DNA of 63,984 bases, counting the filler, from Octopus bimaculoides (lineage: Eukaryota): the NCBI RefSeq assembly GCF_001194135.2. It is 8 parts of 7 records of this genome, joined end to end, with 100 filler letters (N's around TTAATTAATTAA, not from the genome) between each part and the next. Parts side by side here need not be neighbours in the genome. Positions count along the whole stretch, not along the records: positions 22,207 to 34,170 come from NC_069004.1; positions 34,271 to 38,593 come from NC_068984.1; positions 38,694 to 52,404 come from NC_068984.1; 5 more parts are not named here. One strand, 5' to 3'. The notes below the pieces were generated by a model that saw only the letters and a list, made by a program, of their open reading frames with translations, ran no database searches and had not been told where the DNA came from. Positions 25,526 to 38,729 of this stretch are shown here, one piece after another; position 1 is the first letter of the stretch, and the number at the start of each line of letters is the position of its first letter. The position numbers were made by a program, and so were the translations under genes.

Positions 25526-26024
25526 TCTATCTCAGTGTCTGTCTTCAGTTATGATTTCTAATTTTCCCTGTCCCTCTTTTTTATGTATGTTTTATCTTTC
25601 TGTTACCACGACGACCACCTCCACCACTACCATCATCACCATCATCATCATCTCCATCGTCGTCATCATCGTTAACAATAGAAACAGCAGTCACGTTCTG
25701 TCAACATACTCCTTATCTCTTAAGTAAAGTACGTATTGGACAGTGCACTCATACAAGCTTGTCACAAGACAAGTGATTGTCACAGCTGTTACCCCTTGTC
25801 GTCATGTCTGCGTTCGATTGAGAGTTGGAAATATTAACCGAGAAAAGAGCGCAACACACTGCGCTGTCGTTTCTACTGCTAATAATAGTAGCCAACTATC
25901 CATATACCGCAACTTGGAAAGACACACAAGAAGATTTGGTCTAGAATTTAAGCTGGGATGGTCACGCCTGAAATACTTTTGATCATGAGTCTATGCAATC
26001 AGAGACAATAAAGGACTAATCAAT

Positions 26025-26292
26025 ATGGGTTTAAAATTTTGGCACAAGGCCAGCAATTTCGTGAATTAAGTAGATTAGATTACATCGACCCCAATGCTAA
26101 TAATTTTATCGAGCTCGAAGGGATGAATGGCAAAGTCGACTCCAATGCGTAACTGGTACTTAATTTATCGACCCCGAAAGGATGAAAGGCAAAGTCGACC
26201 TCGGCGGAATTTGAACTCAGAACGTAACGGCAGACAAAATACCGCTAAGCATTTTGCCCGGCGTGTTAACGTTTCTACCAGCTCGCCGCCTT
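26025..26292 (-). mobile_element. S2 SINE, full length, tail type b
   Basis: Same head and centre as 12974-13208, but the tail reads GGCCTTGTGCCAAAATTTTAAACC on the minus strand. Confidence 0.85.
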
Positions 26293-27389
26293 CTGGCAAA
26301 AGTCAGTTGTACCTACAGTTTAAAGGGTCAGCTTTATCGTATTCTATGTCACGCTGAATCTCCCCGAGAATTACGTTAAGGATACAAATGTTTGTGGAAT
26401 ACTTAGCCACTTGTACGTTAATTTCCCGAGCAGGCTGTTCCGTTGATCGGATCAGCTGAAACCCTCATCATCGGCACCAGCTGATTCCTAGTTAGAATAA
26501 GAATAGCCAAATATGTCTGAAATGGGAAAGACACAACGGAAAACGTCTCGAATCTTATATCTAGGATGTCCACAGCTGGAAAATCTTTGGGCAGATTTAT
26601 ACAACCAGCGATAGAGCAAGACTAATCAGCATCAACATCAACAACAATAATTTACACAGGACATTTATAATAAGCAATAATGATACAAGAATTAGACAGT
26701 AATCACACCAATACCAATTTACTGTTAGAAGAATAATGGTAAACCCTTGAAGTAATTTGTAAGAAATCAATAACACTCTGTGTTATTAACTGAGTTTGTG
26801 AACTGTATATAGTAATTCCCGCGCGTAGCAATAATTATGTTGTTAACACCCTTGTGGCCACGTTTCTTAGATAAATAATCAATAATTATTAAATATGTGA
26901 GTATTGAGTGCCAAAACCGAATGAAAAAAAAAAACAAAGAAAAAAACATACAAAAGTCAAGAACTGAACTCTGTAAGAACTTATCCGTTAGACCACGATC
27001 GCTATCTGCTTTTAACATTAAGAGGATGTGCAAGCCGCATTGGTGTCTGGTTATCATATTCATTGCACAACCAAACGGCCATTTTATATATTTTTGTGCT
27101 TATATATATATAAATTGTTATTAATCCAAGCAAGTGGAGGCAAAGAAGAAATTGAGTTGAAAATGCACATAAGATGTATTAGAATGTGAATTGAATTATA
27201 TTTTAAAGGAATAGACTTGGCCGGCTTCACATAAGATTTCCGAAGATATATACTGCATAGAGTTGTACCCCACGAACTATGACTGCCTGGACTTCGTATA
27301 AAAAAATAAGCACGCGCACACACGCACATACATACACACACATACAAACATACATACACACACATACATTCTTTTAATCTTCTAATCTT

Positions 27390-27560
27390 CTATTCTTGTA
27401 CACATCTCAGTCATTTGCCAGCGGCCATGCTGGAGCACCGTATTAAAGGTTTTTTTTTTTTTTAGTCAACGAAATCGACCCCAGGACTTATTCTTTGTGA
27501 CTCTACTACTTATTCTGTCGCATCTTTTGCCGAAGCGCTATGTTACGGGAACGTAAATAC
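27390..27560 (-). mobile_element. S1 SINE 3' half
   Basis: GCGGCCATGCTGGAGCACCG...GAAATCGACCCCAGGACTTATTCTTTG...TACTTATTCT...TTTTGCCGAA. Confidence 0.8.
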
Positions 27561-28401
27561 ATCGTTTGGTCCAGGTCTATCATAATCATAGTTCCAATAA
27601 ACAAAGGACATTACAGGAGCAAAATTTAACCGGAGCACGTTTTTATTGGCAATATAACCTTCTCAAAATATGTGTTTGTACGTGTCTGAGTGTATTAATG
27701 TATGCTGGTGTGCATATTTATATCTGCATATGAGACATAATGGAAAATTTGAGTAACGTATGTGCAAAACTCCGATCTAAAAAGTGGCCAGACGTTACGA
27801 CTTTCGTCTCATCGGAGAATCTTCTTCGAGTATAAAATACTCAGAGACACTTCGTCTCTAGGATACGATAAGTTGCAACATCTTGTATGCTTGAGAAGCC
27901 AAAATAATTCGATCATCATGTATTAAATTCCATGTGTGCTTGTTAGTTTGTGAATCTGTGACTGTTTTTGACCCAGAGAATTGAACACCACTGCCTGTAT
28001 TAAAACCTGTATTAAAAATGTCTTCTTAACTTACAAAGTTGATAACATTATGTTGTAGGGCTAAGTAAAATTACGCGACTATCTAGCCTATAATGGTGTC
28101 CTCCATTATACTTGTCATAAAAACTGAATTTCGGAGTGGGCTTACATTGTGGCCATTACCATCAAGCAAATATCATTACCATCAAGCGAATAGGTTTCCA
28201 GAGATTCTTCGTAGAGAAGTTTTCATTAACGTCTCCCATTGATTCCTCTTCTAATGGTTTCTAAGGAACGTGATGCAGTTACGAGCAGAAAGCTAAAAAG
28301 AAAACAATGATTTCTGTCATATGCAAAGAGGGAAAAAGAACAAAATTTCGAGTGTTGTTTACGATAAAAGCAATTATTTTAGCCAAAGACAAGATAAAGT
28401 A

Positions 28402-28404
28402 GGA

Positions 28405-28463
<59 letters not shown>

Positions 28464-28495
28464 CAGTAGTAGCAGTAGTAGTAGTAGTAGTAGTC

Positions 28496-28537
<42 letters not shown>

Positions 28538-28563
28538 ATATCGATGANNNNNNNNNNNNAGGA

Positions 28564-28622
<59 letters not shown>

Positions 28623-28654
28623 CAGTAGTAGCAGTAGTAGTAGTAGTAGTAGTC

Positions 28655-28696
<42 letters not shown>

Positions 28697-28700
28697 ATAT
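28402..28700. repeat. (GCA)n(GTA)n microsatellite, present twice around a 12-N gap
   Basis: Identical blocks at 28401-28547 and 28560-28707; the doubling is probably an assembly overlap. Confidence 0.9.
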
Positions 28701-28708
28701 CGATGAGA

Positions 28709-29376
28709 TTCAAATGTTGACTCAAGGCCAGCAATTTTGAAGGAAGGGAGAGGTCGCTTGGTGATTGCTTCTTTTACTTTAAGCAAACCCGAATGAATGG
28801 AAGACAAAGTCGACCTCGACAGCATTTGAACCCCGATTGTAAAGCGCCTGAAGAGATGCCGTTAGGCATTTTCTTTTCGGGTTCGCTAACGAGTGTGCCT
28901 ACTCGCTGCTTTAATGATAATAATAATGGTCTCATATTTTGGCCAGCAAGATCGGGAAGGAGATAAGTCATTTAAACCGACCCCAGTTTTCAACTGGTAC
29001 TTGTTTTATCGACTCCGGAAGGATGAAAGGTAAAGTCAACCTCAGCGGAATTTGAACTCTGAACGTAAAGACAGACGAAATGGTGCTAAGCATTTTGCCC
29101 GGCGTGCTAACGATTCTGCCATCTCTCCGGTTTCTTAATGATAACAATAATCCTTTCTATTATAGGCACAAGACGTTTGTGAGAGAGGACTAGTCGATTA
29201 CATCGACCCCAGTACGCAACTGGTACTTAATTTACTGATCCCGAAAGGATAAAAGCAAAGTCGACGTTGGCGGAATTTGAAGTCAGAATGTAGCGACAGG
29301 CGAAATATTGCAATGCATTTCGTCCAGCGTGCTAACGACTCTGCCAGCAATCTGCATTCTTAATGATAATAATAAT
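28709..29376 (-). mobile_element. Three head-to-tail S2 SINE copies (tail b), each followed on the + strand by TTAATGATAAYAATAAT
   Basis: Copies at about 28709-28910, 28928-29134 and 29152-29359; spacers at 28911-28927, 29135-29151 and 29360-29376. Confidence 0.85.
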
Positions 29377-30919
29377 AACGAATAGTAGACGAGGCAGGGC
29401 CAGGAGGTCAACAGAAAAGGTTGTGTGAAAATGACCATCCCGAAATATAACAATATAACAATATATATATATTTGTGTGTGTGTGTGTGTGTAAGTGTGT
29501 AAAAACACCATCCCGCAAAAACAAATATATACACGCCAATTGACAATTTCTTTAATATCCTTAGTCTTGACCTCAATAAATACTATAGAAATAAAACCCG
29601 GGGATTCTATTAATTAAGTGGTCGTTTTTTGACCTTCCGACATCTTTAATTTCTTTGTTTGCCCATTCACCCACCCTGCATACATCTTTAACCTTGTTTT
29701 TTTTTTATTGGAATTTTACTCCTACGTAAAGAAATATTGCTTTACTTCTCTTAAAACGATTCTTCTCCGACTCTCTATGTATGTATGTATGTTTGTTAAG
29801 AAACTTATTACCAAATTGAATAACCTGTCAGGGAAAAAATTATTATTTCACTCAGAACTAATTTTGTAATACAAATATACGCAGACATACAATTATACAT
29901 GTAAACAAACACACACACACACATACGTTGATATGTATACACAAGCTGAAAGTTTCGCCCGCTTGCAATTATCAATTGCCAAACGCACAGAACACTCTGA
30001 ATATCAGTTGGTTATTAATACAAAAATTATATACCCATTTCTTGAGATCCAAATTCCTGTTTGTATCACCAAATCTACCAAAATTATATATGTACATATA
30101 TATATATATATATATANNNNNNNNNNACTTTGCTGTGCATTCGTACTAAGTTTTAGTGTTCTAGCTCACTTCCGTTGTTTAGAGCAGTGCTTGGGATAAA
30201 GGTGTGTAGCGTGTGATCACCTCATTGACCATTGCAGAGCAAGATGTCATGGCGATACCTGCTCAGAAGTTTACGCAAAGTTGCAGAAAGTGAATGCAGA
30301 CACAACAGAGGTTCAGGTCAATTTGTGTATTACTGAATATAAAAACGAACATTCACACACACACACACACACAAACATACGTCTATGCGCAATCCACAGA
30401 TATATATATATATATATACATGTATGGACATAAGTTTATATGCCTCTTTTGTGATCTCTATATAGACATACACACTCAAACACCAATATATATACGTGTG
30501 TGTGTGTGTGTATTTGTATATGCAGAACACAGCACACTACAAGAAACATTGGCATATAGACACCCACTTCATAAAAAAAAATTGAAACAAAAATTTTCAA
30601 AAAAAATGTAATTTATGAGATTATCTCTAGAATCTTTATTAACAGAAAATTACAAATCGACCCTGAAGGTACAGGTGCAACGCACATGCTATACGCTGGA
30701 GAAATAACCAGATATTAATCTTTAAACAAATTTAAATCCGGAGATGATGAATTTATCAGACAAAGTCTCATTTCTATGATTCCTTGTTGTCTATCACAAA
30801 ATTTTACTATTTATATGTGAACATGAATCTCGCCATTCAGATGGTTAGTTCTAGACAGTTTTCAGAAAGTAAAAACGATGTATGAATAACTTTTAATAAA
30901 TAGATAAAATTCGAATCCA

Positions 30920-31050
30920 GTTGTATGGCGTAGTGGTTCTGGTTTGTGGCTTACGATCACAATGCCGTCGGTTCAGTTACTTGAATGTGCTGCGCGCCGT
31001 GACCTTGAGCAAGGCATTCCATTTCATGTTGCTCTGTCAGTTATAACGAC
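30920..31050 (+). mobile_element. Degraded tRNA-derived SINE head (third family)
   Basis: TGGCGTAGTGGTT (A box), GGTTCAGTT (B-box-like), then GTGACCTTGAGCAAGGCA. Confidence 0.55.
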
Positions 31051-31925
31051 ATGGGTCCCAATTGTTCCGATCAACGGAACATCCTGCTCGGGAAATTAAC
31101 CTGTAAGTGGCTGAACAGTCCACAGAAACAAGTACTCTTAACGTAGTTCTCAGGGAAATTCAGCGTGCCCCAAAATGTGACAAAGATGATTCTTTGAAAC
31201 GCAGGTACTACTCAATGTTGCCAGCGGAGTGGTGTGCAGCAACGTGCAATAAAGTGTCTTTTTCACTTCTAATGGAGAAAACAAGCAGGAGATCTCCATA
31301 GAGCTGTTTCTTGGTGGGATGAGATCTCCAAGATATGTTTAAGACATGTCATACCATTCATACCATTCGAGCGTAAGTTCTATCCTTGTGTTTCATAACT
31401 ATCATTAATTTTCTTAACGAAACTTCTCTACATTATTAACATACGTTAATATTACTATCTTATTTAAATATTTTAGCCGTTCTTCATAACTTAATCTAAT
31501 TCGAATTTAATTCCAATCTTTACTTCTTTTTTTTTTCTTTCTTTGTTTTTTCTTTTTCCAGTTTTTAATATTGTTTCGGGATCATTTCTGATTACTACAT
31601 TTCTTTCAAATTAATTGGAAATTTTCTAGTCAGTCATATTTTTTCATGACAATTGTGAAAAATCGCAACCATTTTATTGAGAAATTCATAATAAATAATA
31701 GTTACAAAGCTTTAAAAATGGACATTATTTCATAATTTTAGTCACTCACATTTATTAGTTTTCTACACGCCGTCTTGACTTTATGGGAAGGTGCCATTTT
31801 CGTGTTTTGTTTCATGATTTTGGAGTCACCATGTTTCTTGATTTCTGAGAAATTAATAATAGTTTCAAAATTTGTAACAAGGCCCGCAATTTCGCGGGAG
31901 GGAGAGAGTATGTTTCATCCATCCC

Positions 31926-32048
31926 GGAGTCTCGTGGAGTTTTAGATGTTTTCGCTCAATAAACACTCACAACGCCCAGTCTGGGAATCGAAACCGCGAT
32001 CCTACGACCGCGAGTCCGCTGCCCTAACCACTGGGCCATTGCGCCTCC
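31926..32048 (-). mobile_element. Well-preserved tRNA-derived SINE head, distinct from S1 and S2
   Basis: Minus strand reads GGAGGCGCAATGGCCCAGTGGTTAGGGCAGCGGACTCGCGGTCGTAGGATCGCGGTTTCGATTCCCAGACTGGGCGTTGTGAG. A and B boxes are intact, but there is no canonical acceptor-stem closure or Pol III terminator, so this is a SINE rather than a tRNA gene. Confidence 0.75.
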
Positions 32049-35000
32049 ACTCAGAAATTAATCAAATAATCGATCCGAAAGGATTCTTAACTTATTTATT
32101 ATTGAATTCTCTATGAAATGTCTGTAATTATCGTAATTTATTTGGAACCATTACATCACTTTTCTATTATTTCTTTCAACCACTGAATTGCGTCCATGCT
32201 GGAGCATCGAATTGCAGAGTTAGTCGAATAAATCTATCCCAGGAGTCAAATGTTGTCTGGGCGAAGAAAATGATGCGCAAAAAAAACTCGAGCACACACA
32301 CATACATACATGCACACACATACATACATGCACACACATACATACATGCACACACATACATACATGCACACACAGACCTACACGCATATATATTCGTCAT
32401 TGTGCGTGTGTGCGCGTGCGCGTGTTTTGTGGCCAATGTGTTTATATACACAACAAAACCAATAGCTTCAAAGAATTGGGGTTAATAATTTGCATACATT
32501 AAGCTTTCATCACTTTATTTGATACTAGTGCAAAAGGCGCACTCTGTGCAGACCTTCAGTCTACCTCGTGCCGAAGGCTAATCGCGTGTAGCCCAGAACT
32601 AAAGAGGATTAAACAGCATGACTGCAATAAGTCTATAATGAATATATACTCCAGTGGTGCTTGTTTGATCAGACGTTAAGGACGGATGAGGATTAATTCT
32701 GTAATGCAACCATTCTATTCTTCCAGTCCCAAGTCGAATTCCGACTGTTGGCCAATTTGTCCCAAAGTTCTTATCTTGACGTTATAGCTACGAAGCGAAT
32801 GTCATTTATGTCTCCTTTGATTTCTGACGTCATCTGACAAACACAAACAAGATGGCGAGTATCAGCTAAACTTTACCTGCTAGAAACAGGAAACCAAATG
32901 CTTTTAAATCAGTTCCCAATGCTGGATGTTCGAGAACTAAATGAAGTGAAGATTTTCAATCCCGGGATCATCTTGATTCGAAAAAGGTATAATATGTCTA
33001 TGTAGAGTAAATGTAGACTGAGATATAGGAGTCACAGACGGACAGACAGAATTTCGCTTTTATCAATGTAGGTAAGCTACTCGTTGACGGGTATCTCAGT
33101 CAATACAATATCAAGGTATGATATAATATAAGTCATTCTATGCAGCAGATATATAATCACGGCAAAGCTAACTATTTTCGCGTTTTGACTGAAAAAAATG
33201 ATGAACAGCCTCAATCGATTTTCGACCCTTATTGAGGTCTCGTCAGAGGTGTCCGCATCAATTGACCTATCTCAGAGAAAATAATTAGCCTATCTGTTTA
33301 GATACAAAACGCATCCAGTAGCGTCAGACATACGCGTGTCTATATGCGCGTGTGTATGTGCAAATGTAAGCATGTATATATACGCATACATAAATATATT
33401 CATACGCACACGTACTCGTATATACACATACTAATATATTAACAGATATATGTAAATATACAGATAAGGTTGTTTTTAGACATCTGTATGTAGTATGTAG
33501 ATATTATATAAGTACATACGTATGTAAACGTGTATGTATGTATATATGCATGTATGTATTATGTATGTATGTATGTGCACACACACATACATATAATGTA
33601 TGTATGAATGCTTGCATATGAGTGAGAAGAAAACCGACGGAGATATAAGATAAAATGTGTGAGAGTTTATATTTATATATATATATATATATATATCTGT
33701 AGCTGCGTGTGTGTGTGTGTGCGCGCGTCTGCGTGTGCGTCTGTGTGTCTGTGGGTGTGAGTGTGCGAGTGTCTGTGTGTTTGTATGTTTGATGTGCGCA
33801 TGTGAAATTATAGATTTTTTTTTCTCCCATTCTATGATTTAACAAGAAACGACTGGAAGTCTAGAAAAAAAAACGATAGCTGCAAGTTTGAATACAATAA
33901 AATATGGAAGCACCAATACACCAATATACTCCCGATATCTTCATAGATACATTTGTAAACTCCTCTATACAGAGAATAATGAGCGAAAGTTAAGCACCGC
34001 TTCAATGGTTCACTTCCATTTTGGCGGGTATAGGGAATGCTACAAAGTCCTGCCAAACCTCTCCAATTAGCTGACTACTTTTAGCCGCCATTTTATTTTC
34101 GACTTTCAGCTTCTTTCTAACTCACGGTTACATGTGTTTGTGTGCGTATGAACGTATTTATGCATATATANNNNNNNNNNNNNNNNNNNNNNNNNNNNNN
34201 NNNNNNNNNNNNNNTTAATTAATTAANNNNNNNNNNNNNNNNNNNNNNNNNNNNNNNNNNNNNNNNNNNNTATATATATACACTGTGTCTCACGCCCAAA
34301 ATAAAATACTAAATATTTCATTCAACCATACCGCCCACAGAGAAGATCTGAATGTTAACATTCCCCTCTACATAGGTATTAATCTACACATGTTTACCTC
34401 AGTTTCCTTAACGAACCAATGCCGTCAGCCATTATATCACCGAGTGACCTGCTAAACTTAACATTTCACATCATACTGTCTTTAAAAAATTAAGCATATT
34501 AGAATTGTAGTCTGCATGATTAATGTCTAAATAAAGATTAAATATCACTGTTGGGTCAAATATCTTCATTAAAGAAATGTTTGGAAATTCTATACCTGAG
34601 ATTAAATAACAAGAACAGCGGCAGTAACAATAACATCAACAACACAACAGTAGCAGTAGCAGCAACAATACCAACAACATCTGTTCTCGTATTGGATCTC
34701 CATTCTTCCGTCGATATAATACAATTTCTCCTCTTGAGTTTTCTCTTATTAAATGTTAGATGGATTTGTTCATGTGTTATTGCTTAGAAGGATATGCGGG
34801 TATTTTGAAAATACCTCACGGTATAAATATCGTGCCCTGCATCATTATGGCCTGCCCTTTGGCAAGGCATAGCACCCGTGCCAGGGACACAGTGAAATCA
34901 TGGGACTGCAGCATGGCGGTTTGTAAAGAGGTAGCAGAAGAGCTCGACTGAGCCAACGATGCTTCTTACAGTGATGCTGAGCAAAGGGAATCATATCAAG

Positions 35001-35552
35001 AGAGTAACTGTAACCATATGAGTGGCGTCCATAGTTGTGCAATTAGCAAATGGAAGATTCACTATGACTCAAGGTCCCAATTCGAATTCATAATAATAGA
35101 ATTGGATGGTGACAGAGAGTTATGGGAATCCGCGAAAGCGGCGAGAATGAAACTGCTAATTCAGGTCAATCCTGAATTAAGAGATCTTTCATCAAAGATA
35201 TTCTACCCATAATCATCTGAACTATCTTGGTATCTGTCGAATGATATTCTTGATACTTTTTAAGCGGTTTGTGATTTGAGAGAAATGTTGTTGCTGTTTC
35301 TAATATGCTTCAAAGATCACCTAGCTGGGTCTTTGTGAACTCGTGATTGTTTGCCTGTCCAAAGTTGCCAGTGATAGAATAGGATGCATCACCCTAACCG
35401 TTTGTAATCCACCTATAGGCACGACCAGCTGTATCTGTCTGCTTAAATCAGAAATCAATAAAATTTATAAATGAAATAACCAAAGCTTTCGTCTCAATTG
35501 ATTTTCTTTTTCTAGATTAAACTTTCGCAAATTTTCATCACACTGTGGGTGC

Positions 35553-35583
<31 letters not shown>

Positions 35584-35758
35584 TGTATGCATGTATGTAT
35601 GCATGTATGTATGTATGTATGTATGTATGTATGTATGTATGTATGTATGCATGCATGCTTGCAAGCATACCGGTCTGTCTGTATGTATGTATTATCTGTG
35701 CATGTATGTGTGTATGCATGCACGTATGTATCTACATGTATGTATGTATGTATGTATG

Positions 35759-35793
<35 letters not shown>

Positions 35794-35800
35794 ATCTATA
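35553..35800. repeat. (ATGT)n / (ATCT)n tetranucleotide tract
   Basis: Directly visible. Confidence 0.95.
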
Positions 35801-36786
35801 TATATATATATATACATACACACGTAAGTATACACATGCATGTACATATTTATCTACGTACATATACTTATATACATATATCTGTATATATAAATATATA
35901 CACGTATATAAACATATACACACATATATGCGCATACATGTGTGTATATAAATATATGCATATATATGTATATGTGTGTATCCGTGTTCTATGCATACAA
36001 ATGCACCAATGGAGTGTATTGATTGCTTGGCGATATTATTGATCTCTTATACATAAATAAATATCGATTTTTTGGGATGTTTCAGTGAAAACTTCCTTCT
36101 GTTCGATTGCTGAAGCAATTAATCAAGTGAAAGGCGAAGAAACTGACCTTGTCAGTTTGTCGGTTGTTTACACCATGTCAACATGGAGGAGAAGGCGAGC
36201 AAGTAACCATGTGACTTAGTACGTGATGTTGAAGTATAGCTTTAAAATATTACGTCTGGTTATTGTTGTTGCTTAGAACCAGTTCAACGCTCTTTGTGAA
36301 AACTTACAAGACGTTCCAACCGTGACCATCCCATCTTTCTCCAGAGAACCTCAAGAACAAGTTATCCAGAGTTTCATTTTCTACGACGTTAGAGTGTGAT
36401 ATGAGGGTAAGTTGACTATTTCCAGTTGATTGTGCTACTAGTCATCCTCGTAATATGTTGTGGTGGTATTCATACCTTTCATGGTTTATTCATTAGAATT
36501 TGTATTTTACATGAAATGTAGAACGAATCTATAGCTAATTTTAAATGTATAAACGATTTATGAAGAAGATTTGTGAAATCCAGTCAGTTACCTCAGTCAA
36601 CATTTCAATAGAAAGTGTTCCAGAAATGAAAATCCAGGAGATATTCGTCAATCGCTGAGTATGCTATAATAAGCACAAGATTAGACATAGTGGTCTTACA
36701 GATGTTTTTAGGTCACGACCGTTTCGACAATAGATGGGTCAAATAAATAGTTTGACATAGTGAAGAACATATAACCATCGATATAA

Positions 36787-36870
36787 CCAGGCGTGGCTAT
36801 GTGATAAGAAGCTTGCATTCTAATCACATGGTTCTGGGTTCAGTCCTACTGGGTGGCACCATGGGCAGCT
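36787..36870 (+). mobile_element. S1 SINE head only
   Basis: CAGGCGTGGCTATGTGATAAGAAGCTTGC...GGTTCTGGGTTCAGTCC...GGCACCATGGGCA. Confidence 0.8.
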
Positions 36871-38368
36871 GTTTTCTGTTAGTAATTATAATAAACTTAA
36901 CAGGATTTTCAATACTGTCTGGAGAATATGCACTACGAGTAAGGATAACATGGCAATTAATAACTATGCTACCAATACGGACAGCGACCATATCGGCAAC
37001 AACGCAGATGAAAATGTAGATAAAAATATTAAAAAAACTTCACTCAAGCCCCAATCTAAATATGGGATAGGAAGCATAGCGTACACAAAGATAGAAACAA
37101 GAAGAAACATGGCGTAATATGGTATAACCCTCCCTTCAATTTCATAATAGATACTAATACAAGTAGAAAATTATTTAGTATACTAAAGCGCAACATCCCC
37201 CTCATACAAGTATTATCGTTTATTCTCCCGTAGAAACGTTAAGATCTCCTACTCAACACTCCCCAATATAAGTACAATTATAGCTAGCCTGAATAAGACA
37301 CACATTTCCATGTCTCGGAATAGTAATAATACCCCTTGCAGCACCGCTCCCAATAAAAATTGCAGTAGGAAAAACAATTGTAATAATAATAATAGTATTA
37401 AGATTCCTTTTATCATTACTATCTCAACCGACACAACAATACCAACAGCGAGCAAGTCATGTCAGTTAATAGATATTATAATACTGACCTCAGTCAGCTT
37501 GCCACTTATAGGGATAGCAGCTGTAGCAACTCTGCCACAACTACAAATAGTCGCTGCGGTAAAGATTCCACTAGCTTAAACTCACACCATACCGTTCCCA
37601 ACAACACTAACGCTCTCTTCACTAGCCGTAATCACAGCCCACCTACTCCCATTCATGTTGTCGATATGCTAAACGCACAGAATTCTAACACCTATGCTGG
37701 AAATCTTTCCATTATACCACACACCCCGACCCTCTAGTGTCACTATCTGAAATCCAAACAGAAGAATATCGCAAGAATACAGCAGGGATGTAGCTGGCTA
37801 TGACCAGCTATGTTGTCCGTTGATGTTAAGAATACGGTTCTTGAAAGTGTGTAATATGATATTTTAGGTCATCTGATGAGTACGGTCGTTTGTAATGGAG
37901 TAATGTTCTTATTCTATTAAAAAGTTACGTAAGAAACAGTTGTAATGAGCTGACAATTAGCCATCGTATATTATTATTCATCTATAATAAATGCCAAAAC
38001 GAATTTCTCTGTCAGTGTGTCACACTTTGACTCCACTCTCTCATTATTCAATGACTCTCTTACTATTTCTAATGTTAGGGTGCAAGTAATAGTAGGCATA
38101 GAGACAGTGAGGGCAGTAGTAGATTGACGGTGGTGATGGTAATGGGGTGATAGTATGAGCTGTAGTTGTGATAGAGACGGAGGCAGTCAGGGATGATGGT
38201 GGTAGTTAGCAATGTGAAAGACAGCGGTGATGGTGGTGGAGGGGAAGGCAACGAAATCAAAGGTATTGATGGCGGTGGTATCAGAAGTTTGAATGATGCT
38301 TGTATGGCAGTTGTGGTGGCGATGGTAGTGGTACTGGTGATGGTGATGGTTGAAAACAATCAACAGAA

Positions 38369-38415
<47 letters not shown>

Positions 38416-38729
38416 GAGGTTAGATTGAAAAAAAATTGTTCTGAGTCCCAAATGGGAAGACAAAAAATGTTTATCATGCAGCTTTGCAATAAGTTCCAAG
38501 TCGACAAATTATATCATTGTTTTGATGAAAATTATTCATTGCTCGAAAAATATTGTTCAAGTTTAATAAAATCTAATATGTACTCAATGCATGNNNNNNN
38601 NNNNNNNNNNNNNNNNNNNNNNNNNNNNNNNNNNNNNTTAATTAATTAANNNNNNNNNNNNNNNNNNNNNNNNNNNNNNNNNNNNNNNNNNNNATATATA
38701 TATATATGTATATATAAATATATGTTATT

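Noticed and set aside
28401-28707. Exact 147-bp tandem duplication, and poly-Ser/Thr/Tyr ORFs
   Set aside because: The duplicate spans a 12-N gap and is a microsatellite; the ORFs are low-complexity by-products.
31970-32048. Functional tRNA gene
   Set aside because: A and B boxes are present, but the acceptor stem does not close and the sequence continues into SINE body; treated as a SINE head.
34760-34800. EGF-like CYCLEGYAG in a short ORF
   Set aside because: It lacks the other EGF cysteines and has no splice support; chance match.
37249-37737. Asn/Thr/Ser-rich ORFs as upstream exons of the Cys-repeat gene
   Set aside because: Degenerate trinucleotide low-complexity sequence with no signal peptide, module pattern or clear splice sites.
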